Source of the DNA: an uncultured Methylomirabilota bacterium
Lineage (GTDB): Bacteria > Methylomirabilota > Methylomirabilia > Methylomirabilales > 2-02-FULL-66-22
Assembly (NCBI GenBank): GCA_963845565.1
Contig: CAWJSJ010000004.1
Span: 47,905 to 111,904 of the forward strand
DNA: 64,000 nucleotides
Direction of reading: 5' to 3'
The notes beneath the pieces are model-generated. The model was not told the origin of the DNA. It was given only the letters and a program-made list of their open reading frames with translations, and did no database searches. Shown here in pieces: positions 40,262 to 48,345 of this stretch. The stretch's first letter is position 1. The number at the start of each line of letters is the position of its first letter. Position numbers and translations under genes: made by a program.

Positions 40262-40479
40262 GAGCGAGAGCGTGGTCTTCGGAATCTAGCTCGCCTCGCC
40301 GCCCCGCAAGATGTACGTCTGTGTCGGTGCGTGCCTTGACAATCATACCAAGTCGAGAGTAGCCTTCCAGCCATCGTACCTCTCCCTCATTACCAGCGGA
40401 GGCGGCTCCATGGGGTCGGCCAGAAACGGCGCTCCGGACCCGAAGCGTGCCAGCGGTTTGGCCCGTCCACCGTGGCCAC

Positions 40480-40690
40480 TCCGGGTGCATTCCCGCCCCA
40501 CCTGGCGTCCGTCCTCTCAGCCAGCAATCCAAACCCCTCGACCGCCATCCCACCGAGTTGGCCGGACCGGCGATCAACGCCTGTCTGCGGTACGAGAACT
40601 CCCGGGCCATCACGACGTCACCGCCACGATGATCTATTCGCATATCCTCAATCGTGGACCGGCGGGTGTCCGTAGCCCGTTAGGCCGTGA
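40480..40690 (+). pseudogene. tyrosine recombinase remnant (integron-integrase-like C-terminus), heavily decayed
   Basis: ...[31 protein letters not shown] resembles the (V)QELLGH.DV.TTMIYTHVLNRG..GV.SPLD end of IntI/Xer-type recombinases. Upstream similarity is only patchy across frames. Confidence 0.5.
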
Positions 40691-40726
40691 CCGAATCTAT
40701 TCACACCCGTAAGGAACTTTGCCACA

Positions 40727-41473
40727 ATGGACATCCCACGGATCTTCAACATCACCGAAAGTGCTCACCGCATCCATAACCCGATCACACCCGAAAAACT
40801 CGCCACCCTCGGCACGGCGCTGCGTCTGGCACCGGGGGCCCGAGTGCTCGACCTCGGCAGCGGTTCGGGGGAGATGCTGTGCACCTGGGCACGCGATCAC
40901 GGCGTCAGCGGCACCGGCATCGACATGAGCCAGTTGTTCACCGAGCAAGCGAGACGCCGTGCTGTAGAACTCGGCGTCGCCGATCAAGTCAAGTTCATCC
41001 ATGGCGATGCGGCCGGCTATGTCTCTGATGAGAAGGCCAGTGTGGCCGCCTGTGTCGGTGCCACGTGGATCGCCGGGGGAGTCGCCGGCACGATCGAGCT
41101 TCTGGCGCGCAGCCTGCGCACCGGAGGGATCATCCTCATCGGCGAGCCCTACTGGCGGCAGTTACCGCCGACGGAAGATGTGGCCAAGGGGTGTCTTGGC
41201 AACTCCATCTCCGACTTTCTCAGGCTTCCAGAACTTCTCGCGACTTTCGGCCACCTCGGCTACGACGTCGTGGAAATGGTTTTGGCAGACCAAGACAGCT
41301 GGGACAGATACGAGGCGGCCAAGTGGCTCACCATGCGCCGATGGCTTGAAGCCAATCCCGACGACGAGTTCGCGAAAGATGTTCGAGCCCAACTGACCTC
41401 GGAACCCGAGCGCTACGCCGCGTACACGCGTGAGTACCTGGGCTGGGGTGTGTTCGCGCTGATGCCGCGGTGA
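40727..41473 (+). CDS. class I SAM-dependent methyltransferase (cassette 1)
   Basis: VLDLGSGSG motif I and GGIILIGEP post-I/II motifs. 248 aa. Confidence 0.85.
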   Translation: MDIPRIFNITESAHRIHNPITPEKLATLGTALRLAPGARVLDLGSGSGEMLCTWARDHGVSGTGIDMSQLFTEQARRRAVELGVADQVKFIHGDAAGYVSDEKASVAACVGATWIAGGVAGTIELLARSLRTGGIILIGEPYWRQLPPTEDVAKGCLGNSISDFLRLPELLATFGHLGYDVVEMVLADQDSWDRYEAAKWLTMRRWLEANPDDEFAKDVRAQLTSEPERYAAYTREYLGWGVFALMPR

Positions 41474-41609
41474 TGCGTTGGGGCATCCGGGGATTGTCAA
41501 CGGCTGTGCCGCGCAACAGCTGGTGGCTCGCCGAGATGTGATTGCGCCTGAATTCATTTCTTACGGTCTCGTTGTCCGTGCAATCAACAGAAAGGCCTGT
41601 CACAGGCAG

Positions 41610-41830
41610 GCCTAACAACCGGTTGCAGCGGACGACGCTCCGCGCCGCCGGTAAACCGGAGCGTTGCGCGGGCTTGGCACGCAGGTGGCTTGGGCGCGCC
41701 GGCCCGCTGGTCGACACTCGGGTGGTGACCGAATATCTGGCGGCCCCCGCGCCCGTGCAACGGGGCCGCGGCTTGCCAGCCGCCCTCGGGCGTCGCGTCT
41801 TGCGCCGCCCAACCGCGGGCCCCGTTAGCA
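41610..41830 (+). other. attC-like recombination site 1
   Basis: Left core GCCTAAC (41610..41616) is the exact reverse complement of GTTAGGC at 40679..40685. Right core is GTTAGCA (41824..41830). It contains a 150-bp core (41666..41815) shared with site 2. Confidence 0.55.
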
Positions 41831-41859
41831 CCATCGCATGAAAAGACGGAGGACCAGGA

Positions 41860-42519
41860 ATGAACTCATTCGAGCGGCTCGTTCGCGCGGTCGTCATCCA
41901 GACGCTCCGTGACACCGGGTTCGCTCCTTCGGCCGCGCAGATCGCCGCCACATTGAGCGCCTCTGAACCGGACATCTCTTCGGCACTGCACTCCCTATCT
42001 GAGAGGCACAGGCTTGCGCTTCTGCCAGGAACCGACAAGGTGTGGATGGCGCATCCGTTCTCCGGCGTGGAAACCGACTTCGCCGTCTCCATCGGTAAGC
42101 GTCGATGGTTCGCCAACTGCGTGTGGGACGGTCTGTCGATACTCGCGCTGCTCGGTGACGGAAACCTCTACACCCACTCGCCGGCCACAGGCGAGCCGAT
42201 CCAGCTTACGGTGTCCGCCCGCAAAGTTCTCGGCGAAGCGCTGGTCCACTTTCTGGTGCCAGCCCGGCGTTTCTGGGACGACATCGGATTTACCTGAGCG
42301 AACATCACCGCCTTCCGGTCGGAAGGTGAGTTGGATGCGTGGCTTAGGTCCCGCGGCTACCCCAAGGGAGCGATCGTCGTTCCCCAGATCCTATATAATC
42401 TCGGTGCTGACTGGTACGCCACCCGCCTTGAGGTTGATTGGAAACCGGCGAGCGCAGAGGAGGCTACGGTCCTGTTCGCGAAGCACGGGCTGGTCGGCGG
42501 TTTCTGGTCGTTAATCTAG
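41860..42519 (+). CDS. MerB-like (alkylmercury lyase family) protein with in-frame TGA, candidate selenoprotein (cassette 2)
   Basis: ORFs 41860..42297 and 42331..42519 are in the same frame, separated only by TGA 42295..42297. FANCVWD is a Cys-x-x-Asp motif. ...DDIGFT-TGA-ANITAFRSEGELDAWL continues the family alignment. Confidence 0.7.
42308..42328 (+). promoter_or_regulatory. candidate bacterial SECIS hairpin
   Basis: CCGCCUUCC-GGUC-GGAAGGUG: 8 bp including one G-U, with apical loop GGUC at +23..+26 from the U of UGA. As I recall, the E. coli fdhF SECIS has the same loop at almost the same spacing. Confidence 0.6.
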
Positions 42520-42525
42520 TAAAGG

Positions 42526-42816
42526 TGCTAACCCCCCACTTCAGCCGACGCGAAACCCGCGCGGCTGATTTCGGCGTGGCGCGGGCTCGGCACGCAGGTG
42601 GCTTGGGCACGCCGGCCCGCTGGTCGACACTCGGGTGGTGACCGAATTTCTGGCGGCCCCCGCGCCCGTGCAACGGAGCCGCGGCTTGCCAGCCGCCCTC
42701 GGGCGTCGTGTGCCGCGCCGCCCAACCGTGCCGGCAGCCAACATCCCTCCGCTGTGCTCCGGGGCTTCGCCCCGCCGCCCGCGGCGGGGTGCGGCTGAGC
42801 CGTCGCCCCGTTCGAC
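42526..42816 (+). other. attC-like recombination site 2
   Basis: Left core TGCTAAC (42526..42532) is the exact reverse complement of GTTAGCA at 41824..41830. Right core is GTTCGAC (42810..42816). The shared core is 42577..42728. Confidence 0.55.
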
Positions 42817-42822
42817 GCAGCT

Positions 42823-43572
42823 ATGATTTTGAAATCAATAGCGACATCGATGCTTTTGGTGGCCCTTATCCTTTTCGGGACGGTCGGATGTTCATCGATT
42901 GAAAGGGCGTTGCTCTTCCATCCTACTCATCGGCCTGATAATAACAGTCTGACGCCATGGACCAAAAACGGCGAAACCATCGGCTATTCGCGAAAGATCG
43001 AATCGCCCAAGAACATATGGCTGATGCTTCACGGAAACGCTGGTCAGGCATCTGACCGCTTGTACGCAGTGCCAAGTTTTTCTGATGAAGATTCGGTTTT
43101 TATTCTTGAATATCCAGGATACGGGAGTCGTGAAGGTGTTCCATCGAAAGAGGCTTTTTATCGGGCGGCCAAAGAAGCCTACCTCCTTCTTAGGGAGACT
43201 TACCCTCACACTCCGGTATGTGTGGCCGGGGAATCGATTGGAACGGGCCCTGCCTCATCCCTTTCAAGCCTCAGCCAGCCACCCGACAAGTTGGTACTCA
43301 TCGTTCCTTTCGATAAACTTTCTTTGGTAGCCAAAGATCAATTCCCATCCTTTCTTGTTGATCTGATCCTGAAGGACGACTGGGACAACGTAGAGGCGCT
43401 TTCAAATCACAAAGGCCCAGTCCATATTTTCGGTGCTGAAGCAGACACAATTATCCCCGTGGGGCGCGCAAAGGCTCTTGCTGCCGTTATTCCCAGGGCG
43501 AAAATGGAGATCATTGGCGGTGGCCATAATGATTGGTCTTATCAGGGACGAGTGACAATAAGGAATCCGTGA
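42823..43572 (+). CDS. alpha/beta hydrolase (cassette 3), visibly AT-richer than the flanks
   Basis: N-terminal TM/signal segment, GESIGTG nucleophile elbow, and HNDW near the C-terminus. ATG lies 7 nt after the right core of site 2. Confidence 0.8.
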   Translation: MILKSIATSMLLVALILFGTVGCSSIERALLFHPTHRPDNNSLTPWTKNGETIGYSRKIESPKNIWLMLHGNAGQASDRLYAVPSFSDEDSVFILEYPGYGSREGVPSKEAFYRAAKEAYLLLRETYPHTPVCVAGESIGTGPASSLSSLSQPPDKLVLIVPFDKLSLVAKDQFPSFLVDLILKDDWDNVEALSNHKGPVHIFGAEADTIIPVGRAKALAAVIPRAKMEIIGGGHNDWSYQGRVTIRNP

Positions 43573-43591
43573 GGCGTTTCTCATCATTGCT

Positions 43592-43638
43592 GTCGAAGAA
43601 TGGCTTGCAGCGGATCGCCGGGAGGGGCCCCGTTGGGC
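43592..43638 (+). other. attC-like recombination site 3 (miniature)
   Basis: Left core GTCGAAG matches 6 of 7 positions of the complement of GTTCGAC at 42810. AATGGCTTGCAGCGGA parallels AACCGGTTGCAGCGGA of site 1. The right end is GGGGCCCCGTTGGGC, with GTTGGGC fitting GTTRRRY. Confidence 0.45.
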
Positions 43639-43958
43639 TAGGTGAGAAAGGAGAAGTTGCGCCGCACGGGAATGGGAGACGCGCTCAGCATCCACGTCGA
43701 GTTCGGGTTCTAACTCGTGTTCACGGTCGTCATTTCGGTCGCTGCATGTGTCGCGGGCTGGCGCTACATCAGGAGCATTTCTCGTCGGGGTGTTGGAGGC
43801 CAGCGCAGCAAGCAGCACGAGAACGACGCCCCGTGAGGCGAGTTGCTCCCCGAATACGCGCACCGAGCTGACGCGTTCAGGATTTGCGCACTACGCTTGG
43901 CTTCACGCGCGCAGGTTACGCGCACAACGTTCGCGGGAACCAAACAGGAGAGTCGAAC

Positions 43959-44495
43959 GTGTCACAGAATCTCGTATTGACTGTAATTGGCGCGGCAGTT
44001 GGTGTTGGGCTTGTGGCAGTGATTGCGTACCAAGTCGCCCGTTTCATGCGGGGATCGATCACGTTGTCCCTGCGACGCGGTGCGTTCAATCCCGGAGATA
44101 CAATCACTGGCAGGTGCGAGCTTCATACAAAGAAGGCTATCCACGGAAACCAGCTGAGTGTCAGCCTGATTGGCGTGCAGGTGACCACCTCCTACAACGG
44201 CGGGAAGCGGCGAACGCGTTCCCGCGAAATCTATAGAAATGAGGTTCTGCTGGAGGAAGGAAAGGCATACCCCGCCGGGCACACAGCAGGATATGACTTC
44301 CAACTCGTCGTACCGAATGCGAATGCGCCAGAATTCTTGGACTCGCCGCTCGGGCAGACTCTCAGTACCGCCTTGCGACTCCTCAGCAACAGGGACTCGC
44401 AGTTGAAATGGAAGGTCGAGGCCCGACTCGATGCACAGGGTGTCGACCTTGCGGCCGCACAATCCGTGTCGATCAACACCGGACAATGGCTTTAG
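43959..44495 (+). CDS. hypothetical membrane-anchored protein
   Basis: GTG 43959 follows CAGGAGAG. There is one N-terminal TM helix, then a beta-rich domain. No family is recognised with confidence. Confidence 0.55.
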   Translation: MSQNLVLTVIGAAVGVGLVAVIAYQVARFMRGSITLSLRRGAFNPGDTITGRCELHTKKAIHGNQLSVSLIGVQVTTSYNGGKRRTRSREIYRNEVLLEEGKAYPAGHTAGYDFQLVVPNANAPEFLDSPLGQTLSTALRLLSNRDSQLKWKVEARLDAQGVDLAAAQSVSINTGQWL

Positions 44496-44646
44496 ACCAG
44501 TGAGTCAGGCATTCTCGCTGACCGTCACGCTTGCATCTCGTCCTTGCGAAATAGTGCAAGAGGACAAGGCGAAGGAGTAGGCGGGCGGCAAGCGCGCCGG
44601 CAGCCAAACGCGCCGTCCGGCAAACATGGTCGCCGCAGTTCCTCTG

Positions 44647-44675
44647 TTGACTCGCGTCACGTGACGCGTTACACT
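44647..44675 (+). promoter_or_regulatory. sigma-70-type promoter with embedded palindromic operator for higBA
   Basis: TTGACT - 17 nt - TACACT. The spacer is essentially the perfect 16-bp palindrome CGCGTCACGTGACGCG. ATG of higB lies 7 nt after the -10. Confidence 0.55.
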
Positions 44676-44681
44676 CCCCTC

Positions 44682-44963
44682 ATGATCAAGACGTTCGCGG
44701 ACAAGCGCACGAAGGATCTCTACGACACCGGTCGGGCCAAACGCTTCCCGCCGGATGTGGCAGGTCGCGCAGCCCGCACGCTCGAGTATGTGGACCTCGC
44801 GACCCAGATCGACGACCTGAAGGTTCCACCCGGGAATCGGTTCCACGCACTGGAAGTCGACGGTAAAGGCCAGTACTCGATATCCATCAACGACCAGTGG
44901 CGTATCTGCTTCCGGTTCGTCGACGGGGACGCCTACGACGTCGGGGTCTGTGACTACCACTGA
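44682..44963 (+). CDS. higB: type II toxin HigB (RelE/ParE superfamily, plasmid-maintenance killer family)
   Basis: MIKTFADKRTKDLYDTGRAKRFPPDV...LKVPPGNRFHALEVDGKGQYSISINDQWRICFRF is the classic HigB family pattern. Confidence 0.85.
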   Translation: MIKTFADKRTKDLYDTGRAKRFPPDVAGRAARTLEYVDLATQIDDLKVPPGNRFHALEVDGKGQYSISINDQWRICFRFVDGDAYDVGVCDYH

Positions 44964-44976
44964 GACGAGGTGTGAG

Positions 44977-45291
44977 ATGAGCATCGCCAACACAGGACCC
45001 ATGAAGCGCCGTCCCACCCATCCGGGCGAGATGCTGCGCGAGGACTTCCTCCCGGACTACGGCCTGACCGTGTCCGGGCTCGCTAACGCCATCGGTGTGT
45101 CGCGCCAGTCGGTCAACGACCTACTGCGCGGGCGTCGTGCCGTGAGTCCGGAGATGGCACTGCGCCTCGGCAAGCTGTTTGGGAACTCGCCGGAGTTCTG
45201 GCTCAACGCCCAGCGCGCCGTCGACCTATGGGACGCGGCCCAGGCGATCAAGGACAACGTCGCCGGCATCAAGACGCTGAGTGTCGCCTGA
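44977..45291 (+). CDS. higA: HigA-family antitoxin (XRE-type HTH)
   Basis: PTHPGEMLREDFL...GLTVSGLANAIGVSRQSVNDLLRGRRAVSPEMALRLGKLFGNSPEFWLNAQ. Confidence 0.85.
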   Translation: MSIANTGPMKRRPTHPGEMLREDFLPDYGLTVSGLANAIGVSRQSVNDLLRGRRAVSPEMALRLGKLFGNSPEFWLNAQRAVDLWDAAQAIKDNVAGIKTLSVA

Positions 45292-45747
45292 CAAGCGCCT
45301 GACCCGCGACTACCCGCGGGCCGGAAGAGCAGCCTGAGCGGGGAGCGTGCGCCGGCCGCGGGTTGCGGTTTACGCACCCGTTGGCTTCGACGGTCGGAGA
45401 CGGATTCTGCAGCGTCTCAGAAGGGACTGATGTAGGTTTCTCCCATGGGTTCTGTCCGGAATGCTATGCGGAGGAGATGAAGACTGTGCGGAAAATGAGG
45501 GGAGAGGCATAACGCCGACTCCTATGCGGACCGCCGATCATCACGCTGCACGGGCTCGGCCCGGAGGCGACTTGGACGATTCGGCCTCTGGTCGCAGGCG
45601 GGGTGTGGTGGAGGCGGGGTGGCGGCACCCGCGTCCGGCAGTCGTCACGCCTACACTGCGCTCCGGCGCGACGCCGGAGCCGCCGCGCCGTTCGGCCTGA
45701 ACCAACACCGGGGAACTTGCCGTTCCCATCGCGAAGGAGAGCGACCA

Positions 45748-46551
45748 GTGTCGGAAACCAAGGAACAGATTGCCTCGGCCATTATCAGAGCCCGTAGGGA
45801 GTTGGAGGAGGCGCTGTATGAGCTGGAGAAACTCCCGGCGGTGAGTCAAAGTTCTGTCAGTTTTGTCGCACACGCACTGAACAACTATCTCAACATCACA
45901 GCGGGCACGGTCGAACTACTCTTGTTGTCGCTGGCGGACCATCCCAACCCTCAAATTCGCACCGGGCTGGAGGCATTGCAGCAGGCAACCAACTTGATGA
46001 TGCACACCGTCAGCCAACTGATGATGACCTCGAATGGCGCGGACGGCGAGCTGCGATTTGACCAAGTGGATCTGTCGATCCTGGTCAAGCGCTTCTCCAC
46101 CTATTATCAACGCATTGCGGATCGGAAACAGATTCGTTGCCTCCTGGAAACCACGGGCGATGTTCCCCCGGTGCGCACGGATCGGGTGACGGTCGCCGTG
46201 GTGTTGGATAACCTGTTTTCGAACGCGGTGAAGTACTCCCCGCCCGGAAAGGTTATCCGGGTCCGCGTATCTGCCGATCGGGACGGGGTGGTCTGCAGTG
46301 TCCGGGACGAAGGCCCAGGCCTGAGCCAAGAAGACCAGGCCAAACTGTTCCAGCGGGGCGTGCAGTTGACCCCCAAGCCCACGGCCGGAGAGTCGTCAGC
46401 CGGGTACGGCTTGGCGGTAGCCAAGGAGTTCATCGAACGATTGGGGGGCACCATCTGGTGTGAGAGCGTTTTGGGCCAGGGCGCATGTTTCTCATTTCGA
46501 CTGCCCCGCGGCGAAGCGCACGCCCACGGAGAACTGAATCGGTCCTCCTAG
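45748..46551 (+). CDS. cytoplasmic sensor histidine kinase (HisKA-like plus HATPase_c)
   Basis: GTG 45748 follows AAGGAG. H-box is SFVAHALNNYLN, N-box is LDNLFSNAVKY, and G-boxes are DEGPGL and GYGLAV. No TM segments are present. Confidence 0.8.
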   Translation: MSETKEQIASAIIRARRELEEALYELEKLPAVSQSSVSFVAHALNNYLNITAGTVELLLLSLADHPNPQIRTGLEALQQATNLMMHTVSQLMMTSNGADGELRFDQVDLSILVKRFSTYYQRIADRKQIRCLLETTGDVPPVRTDRVTVAVVLDNLFSNAVKYSPPGKVIRVRVSADRDGVVCSVRDEGPGLSQEDQAKLFQRGVQLTPKPTAGESSAGYGLAVAKEFIERLGGTIWCESVLGQGACFSFRLPRGEAHAHGELNRSS

Positions 46552-46723
46552 GGCGGCCATCGGCGGCGAGGAGAACCCTGCATCCCCGGTGTGAACGGAT
46601 TCGCCGGAGGTTTTCCTTGACTCCGACTCGGTCTCAAGGGTAGAAGATCCGAGGTCGGTTTGTTTGCAAGCGGCGGTTCTCATCGGTTCACGTGGCGGTA
46701 CGAGACGTCGGGAGGAGAGTCGG

Positions 46724-47242
46724 ATGGCGATCAGGTTGGACGAGGCGATCCAAACAGCCCTGACCTTCGAGAACAAGGTCCTGAAGGTGTACCAGGATGC
46801 GGCTGTCAAGATAGCCGATCCGGTCGGGAAGAAGGTCTTCCAGCAACTGGCGACCGAGGAGGCGGGGCACGTCGCCTATCTGCAGAGTCGCCTGGCGGAG
46901 TGGACCAAGAGCGGCCACCTCGATCTGGCCGAGATCACGACGATGGTGCCGAGCAAAGAGCGGATCGCTGCAGGGCGCCAGCAGGTGGCGAAGTCCATGC
47001 GGGGGAGTCGTCCCGCGACCTCGGAGGTCGAGCATCTCCAGCGAGCCCTGGCCGCCGAGAAGGAAACGTCCGCCTTCTACCAGAGAATGGTGGCCGAACT
47101 CTCGGGCGAACGGCAGCGACTCTTTGCCCGCTTCCTGGAGATCGAGGAAGGGCACGTCGCCATCGTCCAGGCCGAGATCGACGCGGTGAGCGGGTCCGGG
47201 TTCTGGTTCGACATGAAGGAGTTCGACCTGGAGAAAGGTTGA
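46724..47242 (+). CDS. ferritin-like/rubrerythrin-family di-iron protein
   Basis: GGGAGGAG lies before ATG 46724. Two E...EE.GH motifs are present (ATEEAGHVAYL, EIEEGHVAIV). Confidence 0.7.
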   Translation: MAIRLDEAIQTALTFENKVLKVYQDAAVKIADPVGKKVFQQLATEEAGHVAYLQSRLAEWTKSGHLDLAEITTMVPSKERIAAGRQQVAKSMRGSRPATSEVEHLQRALAAEKETSAFYQRMVAELSGERQRLFARFLEIEEGHVAIVQAEIDAVSGSGFWFDMKEFDLEKG

Positions 47243-47300
47243 AGCCACGGTCCCGGCCGCAGGAGCGAGGCACGGAGAGCACTCGCCGGGCGCTCCGCGC

Positions 47301-48296
47301 CTACGCGTTCGCCCCGTCTCGCAGCCACGCCAGAATGTCGTTCCGGCTCGCCGCCAACCCCTTGTACCGCAACGCCTCGGCGCTCATTGACTCGATCGTG
47401 GCGCAGAGCGGCTCGCGAAGCCCTGCTTCCTTCCGGATCTCCTCCCCGTCTCGGAACGAGATGCGCACCGCCAGAAGGGCGGCCTCCTGCGCGGGAAATC
47501 CCCACAGGACCTCGCGCTCGACGCGCAAGAAGAGCTGGGGATTCTGCGGGTCGAAGGGGCGCTCCTGCCACGCCTCTGGAGCGATCCCGGGCGGCGGCTC
47601 GCGGTGGTGGTTCAGCCGCGTGTCCGTGCAGAGCTCCCACACGAAGCGCGTGAACGGCCCGAACTGAACCATGTTGGTCACCATGCCAGGCTTCCGGAAG
47701 GTCTCCATGCCGGGAACGGCGAGGTGCATGGTCACGAAGTCCAGGCCGATCTTCTCCTCCGCCGTCCAACGATACGGAAAACACAGATGGATGGCGCTCG
47801 CCCAGTCCTTCTTGGCCACGCGGCGTACTACGGCCAGGTCTTCCTGGACCTGGGCGGCCAAGGCATCGAAGGGATCGGCGTACGGCGGGTCTGCATCGCC
47901 TCCGGTGACGCGTTGCATTTCCGCGTCGAAGCGCAACGTTTCGTCCGTTAGGGCGCAGCACAGCGTCAACGCACCGCCGTCTTCCGCCAGGGTGAACAGT
48001 TGCGGATATTCCTCGGCCAGGCGTCGGGCGATGAAGCGACACACGACGCCGGCCACCTCGGGCGCGAACTCGCGGGTCTGGTAATATTTCCCGAGGCGCT
48101 CCGCGCGGGCCGCCTGTTTGACCTTCCGATACTCCGCAAACCCCGCATCGAACTGGAAGACCCGCGTGTCGGCCGCCCCGTTCCCAAAGTCCGTTCCCAA
48201 CGGAACCAGCCCGGGCTTGACATCGTATTTGCCGCTGGCCGGGGGAAAGTACATGGCTGCGGTCGACGGCAACGCGATCCTATGCGGTTCGCTCAT
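47301..48296 (-). CDS. DUF3445-like protein (haem-dependent oxidative N-demethylase family)
   Basis: 331 aa. The overall pattern, including VQEDLAVV and HLCFPYRW, is reminiscent of DUF3445. This assignment is from memory only. Confidence 0.55.
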   Translation of the reverse strand: MSEPHRIALPSTAAMYFPPASGKYDVKPGLVPLGTDFGNGAADTRVFQFDAGFAEYRKVKQAARAERLGKYYQTREFAPEVAGVVCRFIARRLAEEYPQLFTLAEDGGALTLCCALTDETLRFDAEMQRVTGGDADPPYADPFDALAAQVQEDLAVVRRVAKKDWASAIHLCFPYRWTAEEKIGLDFVTMHLAVPGMETFRKPGMVTNMVQFGPFTRFVWELCTDTRLNHHREPPPGIAPEAWQERPFDPQNPQLFLRVEREVLWGFPAQEAALLAVRISFRDGEEIRKEAGLREPLCATIESMSAEALRYKGLAASRNDILAWLRDGANA

Positions 48297-48345
48297 GGCA
48301 TTACCCCTTGTGTGTTCGCGAGACTGGGCGCACTCCGATGGGCGC

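Larger units (their letters stand above)
40679..43638 (+). mobile_element. integron-like array of three gene cassettes
   Basis: Each cassette starts with TTRRRY-like bases. It carries one same-strand ORF with a very short leader. It ends in an attC-like site whose RYYYAAC-type left core is the reverse complement of the cassette's own first bases. Confidence 0.6.

Noticed and set aside
43953-43959. GTCGAAC, a perfect complement of the cassette-3 start GTTCGAC, as an alternative left core for attC site 3
   Set aside because: It sits directly on the start codon of the next credible ORF (GTG 43959), and no palindromic partner or right core follows it. The 6-of-7 match at 43592 has flanking modules homologous to attC site 1. 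A single 7-mer match within about 1 kb is not rare by chance.
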